This document shows, piece after piece, positions 56,156 to 64,000 of a stretch of DNA of 64,000 nucleotides. The notes beneath the pieces are model-generated. The model saw only the letters and a program-made list of their open reading frames with translations, ran no database searches and was not told the DNA's origin. Source of the stretch: Elusimicrobiota bacterium (lineage in GTDB: Bacteria; Elusimicrobiota; Elusimicrobia; Elusimicrobiales; UBA9959); the NCBI GenBank assembly GCA_012517285.1, contig JAAYVG010000029.1, forward strand, positions 2 through 64,001, in the 5' to 3' direction. Positions within the stretch are counted from its first letter, which is position 1, and every line of letters begins with the position of its first letter. The translations under genes and the position numbers were made by a program.

Positions 56156-57184
56156 CTATACAAACATCTTATTTTTTATTTGTTTAAAATTGCCTCTGTA
56201 TGTTTTTTCTGACAGCATGAGATGAGAATCTAAATCACAAAAAACAAAGCATCCGTATCCACAGGCCAACTGGACACTCTGGTTAACCCCTATGCTTGAT
56301 TCGCTCATACATCCTATCATCAACTTTATGTTTGCCGAATTACACAGCTCTATTATAGAAATCGCATCAGATAGACCGCTTTTCATAAGCTTTATGTTTA
56401 CGTAATCGACCGCTTCATTCTTTATAAGCTTCATAACATCATACCTCGTTTTTGCACTTTCATCAGCACAAACCGGGTATGGTGAGTTAAATCTTACATA
56501 TTTTAGTCCATCGATATCATAGTTTATAACAGGCTGTTCAAATACTGCCACATCAATTCCCTTCAAATAGAGCGTTTTTGCAAAGCGAACCGCCTCTTTT
56601 GGAGTATAGCCCATATTTGCATCAATTATATAGTTAACTCCTTTTGTTTTTTTATATATTTCAATGATGTCATCAATATCGCGATTTATATCTTCACCTA
56701 CTTTTATTTTTATGGTTTTAAATCCTTTCTTATATATATCAACGGCTTCTTTAACCCTTTCAGCGGTAGTTCCTATGGAAACTGTCTTATCTGTTTCTAT
56801 CTCATTTTTAACACCACCTAGAAACTCCCATACTCCGATACCAATCTCATTGCACAATACATCAATAACAGCAAATTCTATTGCTGCTTTAAGCCCTGGT
56901 GATGATATCAGCTTGCTGGTTATAGAAAATATTTTCCTGTAATTTTTTACATCCTCACCTACTATCATATCCTTTGATTTTTTTGAAAGGGCTAATATTT
57001 GATCTGCGGTTTCGCCGTTTACCCTGAACGATGGCGCAACCTCTCCGTATCCTTTAAACCCTTCATCTGTAATCACACATACCTCAACATTATCGGTATC
57101 AGTTGATATTGAGTTTGTTATATGAAACGGCTTTTGATACTTATATTTATTTATAGCAAAGTTTATATCTATTATTTTTCCCAT
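56156..57184 (-). CDS. Dipeptide epimerase (L-Ala-D/L-Glu epimerase-like), enolase superfamily
   Basis: KIKVG, DANMGY, FEQP and ADES motifs in MR/MLE order. Confidence 0.8.
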   Translation of the reverse strand: MGKIIDINFAINKYKYQKPFHITNSISTDTDNVEVCVITDEGFKGYGEVAPSFRVNGETADQILALSKKSKDMIVGEDVKNYRKIFSITSKLISSPGLKAAIEFAVIDVLCNEIGIGVWEFLGGVKNEIETDKTVSIGTTAERVKEAVDIYKKGFKTIKIKVGEDINRDIDDIIEIYKKTKGVNYIIDANMGYTPKEAVRFAKTLYLKGIDVAVFEQPVINYDIDGLKYVRFNSPYPVCADESAKTRYDVMKLIKNEAVDYVNIKLMKSGLSDAISIIELCNSANIKLMIGCMSESSIGVNQSVQLACGYGCFVFCDLDSHLMLSEKTYRGNFKQIKNKMFV

Positions 57185-57337
57185 AAGTCTCTCCTCTATT
57201 GATCTTAACGACAGCTTTAGTATATATACATTATATTACTAAATTTTATATCATTTAATTATATAAAATAAGGTTATATGTGAAATAGAAGACTGGTGAT
57301 TTAAAAACTTATTTTAAATCTGTTTTGCTGGAGGTTT

Positions 57338-58306
57338 ATGATAACATATAAGAAGTCAGGTGTTGATATTAATTTATCTGATAAATTTACAGAGTTCTTA
57401 GAAAAAAAATCAAAGGCTATAGGTGGATTTGCAGGGCTTTTTAATATAAAGGATTATGGTACTGATTGTTCTCTTGTAGCCTCAACTGATGGGGTGGGGA
57501 CAAAGCTTAAATTAGCGTTTGCTTTAAATATTCATAACACAATAGGGATAGACTTGGTAGCCATGTGTGTCAATGATCTGATATGTGTTGGAGCAAAGCC
57601 GCTTTTCTTCTTAGATTATTATGCCACAGCAGGGCTTGATTTAGAAAGATCTAAAAAAATAATAGATGGAATAATGGAAGGGTGCAGGCAGTCTAACATG
57701 ATTTTGCTCGGTGGTGAAACAGCTGAGATGCCTGGATTTTATAAAAATGGTGAGTATGATCTTGCAGGATTTGCTGTTGGGATAGTAAAAAATTCAGAGA
57801 TAATAGATGGCAGTAAGGTCGGTGATGGGGATGTCATAATTGGCTTGAAATCAAGTGGGTTTCATTCAAACGGTTTTTCTTTGATAAGAAAGGTAATAGA
57901 AAGAAAAAAACTTAACAGCAGTTATATTAAAAGGCTTTTAACCCCAACAATCATCTATGTTAAGACAATAAATAATATAAGAAAACATTTAAAAAATAAT
58001 GGCGGGGATATACTTTCATTGGCTCATATAACAGGAAGTGGAATAGAGGGAAATCTTGTCAGGGTTATACCTAAACATGTTAACTGTGTAATTAAAAAAT
58101 CATTATGGAAACAGCCAAGGATAATGAAGGATATACAAAAATTTGGTAATATATCAGAAGAGGAGATGTTTAAAACATTTAATATGGGAATAGGTATGAC
58201 AATAATAGTAAAGAGAGAGCATTCAGGCGATGTGTTAAAGATTGAAAAGAATGCTCTGGTTATAGGCGAGGTTGTTAAAGGTAGTGGAAAGGTTATTATA
58301 GAGTAG
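57338..58306 (+). CDS. purM: Phosphoribosylformylglycinamidine cyclo-ligase (AIR synthetase)
   Basis: YKKSGVDI, DGVGTK and GGETAEMPG motifs. Confidence 0.9.
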   Translation: MITYKKSGVDINLSDKFTEFLEKKSKAIGGFAGLFNIKDYGTDCSLVASTDGVGTKLKLAFALNIHNTIGIDLVAMCVNDLICVGAKPLFFLDYYATAGLDLERSKKIIDGIMEGCRQSNMILLGGETAEMPGFYKNGEYDLAGFAVGIVKNSEIIDGSKVGDGDVIIGLKSSGFHSNGFSLIRKVIERKKLNSSYIKRLLTPTIIYVKTINNIRKHLKNNGGDILSLAHITGSGIEGNLVRVIPKHVNCVIKKSLWKQPRIMKDIQKFGNISEEEMFKTFNMGIGMTIIVKREHSGDVLKIEKNALVIGEVVKGSGKVIIE

Positions 58307-58331
58307 AAGCTTGCTTCTGACTTCTGATCCT

Positions 58332-58362
58332 GCCTGCCGAAGCCGTTTTGGCGTAGGCAGGT
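58332..58362. repeat. Hairpin GCCTGCCGAAGCCGTTTTGGCGTAGGCAGG (family H)
   Basis: Near-identical hairpin lies inside the nfi-interrupting element at 23331-23361 (GCCTGCCGAAGCCGCTTCGGCGTAGGCAGGC). Confidence 0.8.
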
Positions 58363-58390
58363 TCTGACATCTGTTTTACAGGAGGTATGA

Positions 58391-59665
58391 ATGAAAAAAA
58401 TAATACTGATATTTATGACAATAGTGATAGGCATATCTGTTTATGCCCAACAACAGGCTAATAAGACGGTAAATCCATATAGAAAAATTATGGTTACTGC
58501 GTGGAAGCTGTCATCAAGGATAAGCGAAAATCCGATAAAGCTCAACTATGTTTTTGATAAATCATTTTTTACAGCTATAAGTGAGGATGAAATAGTTAAA
58601 ATTTTAAAGGAACTCTATAAACAAAATGGAAGCGTTGTAAGCATTACAACCGTAACATATCGCAGCGAATTAAGCGGTGATTTTTTGTTCCATACAGATA
58701 AGGAATATGCCATCCCAGTATCTATTACAATAAATAAAAATGGTAAGGTAACATCATTATTTTTTAAGCCATCGTTTGGAAAAACTCTTTCATTTAATGA
58801 TATAACAAAAAAGTTTGAATCACTGCCATATGAATCTAAAGCAATGCTTGTCGAAAGGTATGATAATATTACTGATAAAATGTATTCATTAAACGAGGAT
58901 ATGCCTATTGCAGTTGGTTCCTCATTCAAGCTTTACATACTTGCTTATATAATAGAAAACAAACTAAGCTGGAGTAAGGTGATAAACATACTTCCATCTG
59001 ATAGATCACTTCCTTCTGGAAGGATGCAACTCTATCCAGACAATGCTCCTGTAACACTTTTTTCGCTCACAGAAGCGATGATATCCCAGAGCGATAATAC
59101 AGCAACGGATACACTTATAAGATTTATTGGGAGAGAAAAATTAGAAAAGTTTATTAATTCTTTTTCTGAAAAAAAAGATTTAAATGTTCCCTTATTAAAG
59201 ACATCTGAACTTTTTAAAATAAAATCATCAACAGATGTAGCAGAAGAATATCTAAGGCTTGATATAAAAGGCAAGAGAAAAATGTTGGATGAGATAAAAA
59301 ACAAAGAAATTAATATAGACAGTATTGATTTTTCTAAACCATATCTGGTAAATTCACTGGAATGGTTTTTTTCACCCAAGGATATGTGCAATATAATGAG
59401 CTACTTCAAAGGAAAAAATGATCCATATGCAAACACAATCCTATCAATGAACACAGGTCTTGATACAAAAACAGCTGGTTATGTATGGGCAGGCTACAAG
59501 GGTGGATCAGAACCCGGTGTTCTATCAACAACGTGGTTTTTAAAGGCTAATGATGATAGGTATTACTGCATAACTGCTTCCGTTAATGACTCTGATAAGA
59601 ATATAGATGAAAAGGAATATTTTTCAATAATGCAGGATATCATAAATATTGCTAATAAGGAATAA
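58391..59665 (+). CDS. Serine hydrolase, class A beta-lactamase-related, with N-terminal extra domain
   Basis: Signal peptide. SSFK (SxxK), SDN and KGGSEPG (KxG) motifs in the correct order. Confidence 0.7.
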   Translation: MKKIILIFMTIVIGISVYAQQQANKTVNPYRKIMVTAWKLSSRISENPIKLNYVFDKSFFTAISEDEIVKILKELYKQNGSVVSITTVTYRSELSGDFLFHTDKEYAIPVSITINKNGKVTSLFFKPSFGKTLSFNDITKKFESLPYESKAMLVERYDNITDKMYSLNEDMPIAVGSSFKLYILAYIIENKLSWSKVINILPSDRSLPSGRMQLYPDNAPVTLFSLTEAMISQSDNTATDTLIRFIGREKLEKFINSFSEKKDLNVPLLKTSELFKIKSSTDVAEEYLRLDIKGKRKMLDEIKNKEINIDSIDFSKPYLVNSLEWFFSPKDMCNIMSYFKGKNDPYANTILSMNTGLDTKTAGYVWAGYKGGSEPGVLSTTWFLKANDDRYYCITASVNDSDKNIDEKEYFSIMQDIINIANKE

Positions 59666-59706
59666 ATTATTGATTAGCTGCATGGCTTTTTTATAAAGGA
59701 GGTGGA

Positions 59707-61848
59707 ATGAATATTGCTGTTTTTGCTTCTGGCAATGGTAGCAACTTTAAAAACCTTGTTGAGCTTGAAAAAATTGGTTACTTAAAAGGAACCATAAAAG
59801 TTCTTATATCCAACAGGAACTGTGTAGCAGTTGATATTGCCAGTGAAAACAAAATACCAAGTCATATAATAAAGCCATCAGATTTCAATAGTGATCTTGA
59901 TTACTCAAAAACCCTTACAGAAATAATCAAAGAAAACAATATAGATTTGATAGTTCTTGCAGGGTATCTTTTGAAACTCCCAGAGGATTTTGTTGGTTTT
60001 TTTCAAGGGAAGATAATAAATATACATCCAGCAATCCTTCCATCGTTTGGTGGTAAGGGCTTTTATGGTGATAATGTCCATAAAAGTGTAATTGATAATG
60101 GTTGCAGGATAACTGGTATCACAATCCATTTTATAGACAGTGATTATGATAAAGGAAATATAATATTTCAGAAAGCGATATCTGTTATGCCAGATGATAC
60201 AGCAGAAACATTATCTAACAAGATTCACAAACTTGAATACTTCTATTATCCATTTATAATAAATATGATAGCTGAGGGGATAGTCACATATGATAATGGC
60301 TCTGTTAAAATTAACTCAAAGCTTAGCAGAACCGTACATGCGTTAGTATCGGTGAGTGATAAAACAGCTATTCTGGATTTTGCAAAGGAGCTTAATAAAA
60401 ATGGAATTCTTATAATATCAACAGGGGGAACATATAGGACGCTTGTTGACTGTGGTATAAAGGCTGTTCCTGTTGAGGCTGTTACAGGATTTGATGAGAT
60501 ACTTGGTGGAAGGGTAAAAACTCTCAACAACACTATATTTGGTGGAATGCTTTCTTTAAGGGATGATGGAAATCATATAAAGGAGATGAATGAGAACTTT
60601 ATACCAAGAATAGATATAGTTGCAGTTAATCTCTATCCTTTTGAGGCTGCAGCTAAGGAATACGACCCATTTGATGCGAGGCTTATAGAAAATATAGATA
60701 TAGGAGGCGTTTCGCTCTTAAGGGCTGCGGCAAAGAACCATAAATATGTAGCTGTTGCATCTGATTGCGATGATTATATAAAAATAGTAAATGATTTAGA
60801 AAATAATAAAACTGTTTCAGATGATACAAAGAAGTTTCTTGCAGTAAAGGCTTTTAAAAGAACATATGAGTATGACAGAGCTATTTATCAAAAGCATACT
60901 ACAGATGACAATGAAAAAATTAATATAAATCTAAGTAAGCTTTTTGATCTTAGATACGGTGAGAATCCTCATCAGAGAGCAGCATTGTATAGCTCCAAAG
61001 AAAAACTTCCATTCAATAAATTATGGGGAAAGGAGCTATCATACAACAACATACTGGATGCATATCAGAGCTGGCAGGCTGTCCTGGATTTTAACAAACC
61101 AGCATGTGTTATATTCAAGCACATAACCCCATGCGGTATAGCAACAGATGATGATATAAATACAGCATTTGAAAAGGCATATTCAGCAGATCCGCTTTCA
61201 GCCTATGGTGGAATAATATCAATAAATAGAAAAATAACAAAAGAAATTGCTCAATTTTTATCACATAAGTTTGTTGAAATAATATCAGCACCAGAGTTTG
61301 ATGATGAGGCAGTTGAAATATTTAAAAAGAAAAAGAATTTAAGAATTCTTGAGTGGAAACAGGACATAAGGGATAGAAAAGTTTATAAATCAGTTGGTGA
61401 TGAGTTTCTAATAAGCGATCCTGATAACACAGTGATTGCTGATAAATGGGAGATTGTAAGCGGCGATGATATAAGCAGTGATGAAAGAGAAGCTCTTGTC
61501 TTTGCGTTTACCTGTGTTAAACACATAAGATCAAACGCAATAGTCCTTACCACAAAGGATATGACTGTTGGCATTGGTGCCGGTCAGATGTCAAGGATAG
61601 ACTCAATTCATATGGCTGATTATAAATACAAACAGTATCTCAGCTCAAACCCAAAACCATCTTTTATAGTTATGGCATCCGATGCATACTTTCCATTCAA
61701 TGATTCAATAATAAAGGCAAAAGAAATTGGGGTATCAGCTATAATACAACCGGGTGGCTCTGTAAGGGATCAGGAGGTTATAGATAAGGCAAGGGAGCTT
61801 GGTATAAAGATGGTTTTAACTGGCATAAGACACTTTAAACACTCTTGA
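59707..61848 (+). CDS. purNH: Fusion protein: phosphoribosylglycinamide formyltransferase (PurN) + AICAR transformylase/IMP cyclohydrolase (PurH)
   Basis: aa 1-~200: FASGNGSNF, INIHPAILPSFGG, HFIDSDYDKG (PurN). From ~aa 205: ALVSVSDKT, ISTGGT, NLYPF, DIGG, RYGENPHQ, KHITPCG, GGSVRD (PurH). Single 713-aa frame. Confidence 0.85.
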   Translation: MNIAVFASGNGSNFKNLVELEKIGYLKGTIKVLISNRNCVAVDIASENKIPSHIIKPSDFNSDLDYSKTLTEIIKENNIDLIVLAGYLLKLPEDFVGFFQGKIINIHPAILPSFGGKGFYGDNVHKSVIDNGCRITGITIHFIDSDYDKGNIIFQKAISVMPDDTAETLSNKIHKLEYFYYPFIINMIAEGIVTYDNGSVKINSKLSRTVHALVSVSDKTAILDFAKELNKNGILIISTGGTYRTLVDCGIKAVPVEAVTGFDEILGGRVKTLNNTIFGGMLSLRDDGNHIKEMNENFIPRIDIVAVNLYPFEAAAKEYDPFDARLIENIDIGGVSLLRAAAKNHKYVAVASDCDDYIKIVNDLENNKTVSDDTKKFLAVKAFKRTYEYDRAIYQKHTTDDNEKININLSKLFDLRYGENPHQRAALYSSKEKLPFNKLWGKELSYNNILDAYQSWQAVLDFNKPACVIFKHITPCGIATDDDINTAFEKAYSADPLSAYGGIISINRKITKEIAQFLSHKFVEIISAPEFDDEAVEIFKKKKNLRILEWKQDIRDRKVYKSVGDEFLISDPDNTVIADKWEIVSGDDISSDEREALVFAFTCVKHIRSNAIVLTTKDMTVGIGAGQMSRIDSIHMADYKYKQYLSSNPKPSFIVMASDAYFPFNDSIIKAKEIGVSAIIQPGGSVRDQEVIDKARELGIKMVLTGIRHFKHS

Positions 61849-61854
61849 ATGGTC

Positions 61855-62046
61855 ACAGTTATCTATTTAGTTATCTGGTTGTCTAATGGAAACAGAAGTC
61901 AGAAGACAGAAGACGGAGGACAGAAAGCACGAAACAGGATTTAAGAAGTCAGAAGAATAAAAAGAAATCACTCTTTATCTGCTTTCTGTTTTCTTCTTAA
62001 CCTCAATCTTAACCTTAACCTGCAGTAATCTACGAGGTTACTTCTG
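61855..62046. repeat. Composite dispersed repeat, inverted relative of 38690-38905
   Basis: See 38690-38905. Ends with a family G variant hairpin, AGTAATCTACGAGGTTACT. Confidence 0.7.
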
Positions 62047-62251
62047 GTCTTTACACCCCCTTTAAAAACAAAAAGAATCTGCTATAATAAATATATTATA
62101 GTAGCTAATTGCTTTTCATCAAGTTTAAAATTTATGCATCATAGTTAGTGTTCATAGAGCAGTTTAGCGTGGTCGCATGCGAGCACAGGGGTTATATTCT
62201 GATCACTATTTCGTTTTGCTGTTCACTGATCACTATTTAAGGGAGTTTTTT

Positions 62252-64000
62252 ATGGTTAGAAGGATATATTTATACATAAGCATTGTATTTACGATATTAT
62301 TTTTAACAGGTATTAACAAACTTTGGTCAGCACCAGATAAGACCATAGTATATCAGGGGACACTGAGGAAGGATGGCAAGGTAATTACTGGTAATGTTAA
62401 TATGGAGTTTAATATAGTGGATGGTAGTGGTAATGAATATTGGACGAGTGGCTCAACAGAGGTTTATGTTAACAGAGGTCTATTTAGATATCAGATAGGC
62501 ATAGATAACAAATCCCAATTTGACACCATACCATGGGGTGATATAACACCATACATAAGGGTAAAGATAACAGATGACGTGGTTGGAAATATTACATTTC
62601 CTGACGAAGGATTTAGCTGGACCCCATATGCTATGTATGCGGACAATATCGTTGGAGGAGCACTACTTAACTCCACCCAAACATTTACAGGGATAAACAC
62701 ATTTAACAATTTAGTTAACATAACTGGTGATTTAAATGTAGGAAATATTGTCATATCATCAGGTGGTTATATAACACTTGATAAATTAGATACAGCTCCA
62801 TCTGTTAGTAAAGGCAGGTTATATTTTGATTCAGCTGGTGCGTTAAAGATAAGTCTGGATGGGACAGATTATGTATCTGTTTCTACAAGCACAATCGCAT
62901 CTATAGTTAGTGATAGTCAACAATTTACTGGTGATGGTAGCCAGTCAAGTCCGCTTAGATTAAAGACTTCATCAGTAACATTACAGGGAAACATTTTCAA
63001 CGGTGCAGACCAGTTGGTTAAGCTGGACAGTACAGGCAAACTGCCTGCTGTGGATGGTTCATTGCTTACAAACATCAAGGCATCTGATCTAAATGAAAAT
63101 ATAATATACTCAACACATATACTGGATGGTCAGATAAAAGATGCTGATGTTTCATTGTCGACGGCTGCTATTATATCAGGTAAATTTGATGACAGTCGCA
63201 TAAACATAACTACGGGAGCTATTAGTTCAGGTAAATTTGGTGATAATCTCATATTGATAACGACGGGAGCGATAAGTGGTGGAATATTTGGTGACGATAG
63301 AATAGCAGTTAGCACAGGAGCTATTGTGAGCGGCAAATTTAGTGATGATAGGATTGCTATAAGCACAGAAGCGATAACGAGTGGAAAGTTCAATGACAAT
63401 AGAATATCTATAACAACAGGAGCAATAACCTCAGGGAGATTTGGAGATGATAGAATATTCATAACAACGAGAGCGATAAGTGGTCAGTGGGAGACAGATA
63501 GTATAAAAGATGAAGCGGTTACAGATAGTAAAATAGGATGGATGTCAGCCAGCAAACTGACAGGGACAATAGCGAACACATCATTAGACAATTCATCAGT
63601 AACATTACAGGGTAATGAATTTAATGTGGCGAACAAATTAGTGAAGCTTGATTCTGGAGGTAAACTGCCAGCTGTAGATGGTTCACAGCTTCAAAATATT
63701 GGAGCTGCAGGTATATCTGATAATAGCATTACGAGTGCAAAGATAGCTGATGATAGTATCATGGATATAGACATAAATTCAGCAGCAAGTATAACATATT
63801 CAAAACTAAGTATATCAGATGGAGATTTAACGATATCAAAGACGAGTGGATTACAGGGACAGTTAGATTTAATATCTACATCTACAAATAATTTACAAGG
63901 ACAAATAACTACATTAAATACATCAACTACAACACTAAGGACAGACTTAACGGAAGAAATAAACACAAGAGCATTACAAGTATCAGCTTTGGCAGATTCT
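62252..64000 (+). CDS. Large surface / tail-fibre-like repeat protein (5' part; runs off the window)
   Basis: Not in the supplied track. ATG at 62252 follows GGGAG. I translated 583 codons to the window end without a stop. Signal/TM N-terminus. Duplicated module SSVTLQGN.FN.A..LVKLDS.GKLPAVDGS. 17-aa tandem repeats. Confidence 0.8.
   Translation, partial: MVRRIYLYISIVFTILFLTGINKLWSAPDKTIVYQGTLRKDGKVITGNVNMEFNIVDGSGNEYWTSGSTEVYVNRGLFRYQIGIDNKSQFDTIPWGDITPYIRVKITDDVVGNITFPDEGFSWTPYAMYADNIVGGALLNSTQTFTGINTFNNLVNITGDLNVGNIVISSGGYITLDKLDTAPSVSKGRLYFDSAGALKISLDGTDYVSVSTSTIASIVSDSQQFTGDGSQSSPLRLKTSSVTLQGNIFNGADQLVKLDSTGKLPAVDGSLLTNIKASDLNENIIYSTHILDGQIKDADVSLSTAAIISGKFDDSRINITTGAISSGKFGDNLILITTGAISGGIFGDDRIAVSTGAIVSGKFSDDRIAISTEAITSGKFNDNRISITTGAITSGRFGDDRIFITTRAISGQWETDSIKDEAVTDSKIGWMSASKLTGTIANTSLDNSSVTLQGNEFNVANKLVKLDSGGKLPAVDGSQLQNIGAAGISDNSITSAKIADDSIMDIDINSAASITYSKLSISDGDLTISKTSGLQGQLDLISTSTNNLQGQITTLNTSTTTLRTDLTEEINTRALQVSALADS
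63158..63490 (+). repeat. In-frame tandem repeat, 51-bp (17-aa) unit, about 6.5 copies
   Basis: Units such as TTGAISSGKFGDNLILI, TTGAISGGIFGDDRIAV and STGAIVSGKFSDDRIAI. Explains the long antisense shadow ORF at 63130-63462. Confidence 0.8.

Noticed and set aside
57185-57337. Purine riboswitch upstream of purM, and similarly a preQ1 riboswitch upstream of queD
   Set aside because: I could not find the conserved junction nucleotides or a three-way-junction fold in these AT-rich leaders.
63130-63462. 110-aa minus-strand ORF with a repetitive sequence, together with 62491-62754 and 63691-63966
   Set aside because: These are shadow ORFs opposite the long plus-strand repeat protein, which is open for 583 codons and has an RBS and a signal sequence.

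Overview
This is an AT-rich, gene-dense bacterial chromosomal window. Spot counts on single 60-nt lines give about 25-33% G+C for most genes. I cannot name the organism from sequence alone. All protein calls rest on motifs I recognise in the supplied translations; no searches were run.

Recognisable housekeeping content:
- A secreted GH13 alpha-amylase, an Fe-alcohol dehydrogenase, an ADP-forming acetyl-CoA synthetase, a PfkB kinase, and cutA, maf, queD and trxB.
- tRNA-Arg(TCT) and tRNA-His(GTG).
- A fused MEMO/AMMECR1 protein, pcm, an ABC-2 exporter, a Wzx-like flippase and gpsA.
- A tightly overlapped minus-strand operon: nudF-tkt-gnd-zwf-pgl-uvrC(short)-ogt.
- A complete porin-pstSCAB-phoU cluster with a convergent phoBR pair and TTTACA-type Pho boxes.
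- purM, a PurN-PurH fusion, and at the right edge a large repeat-containing surface or tail-fibre-like ORF that is missing from the ORF track.

The most interesting region is 37.3-45.7 kb, directly downstream of the pentose-phosphate operon. It reads as a mosaic defence island containing:
- a DUF3800 gene cassette bracketed by a duplicated promoter;
- an N-terminal stub of a PLD-type nuclease/helicase gene;
- an AAA-ATPase + RloB-like (AbiL/OLD-logic) pair whose RloB gene is broken by a 274-bp TIR element;
- a three-gene cassette bounded by two near-identical ~204-bp direct repeats that copy the RloB 3' end. Its flanking genes are visibly higher in G+C. It encodes a HEAT-repeat protein, a PD-(D/E)XK-like protein and a beta-CASP metallo-beta-lactamase nuclease. 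I cannot match this cassette to any named system and flag it as the best candidate for something undescribed.

The window is also unusually rich in non-coding structure:
- Two families of TA-flanked TIR miniature elements. One interrupts endonuclease V and one interrupts rloB. They share a GC-rich core that looks like a structured RNA.
- A perfect 46-bp palindrome family.
- Several hairpin families.
- Dispersed 'word' repeats that fill most intergenic gaps.
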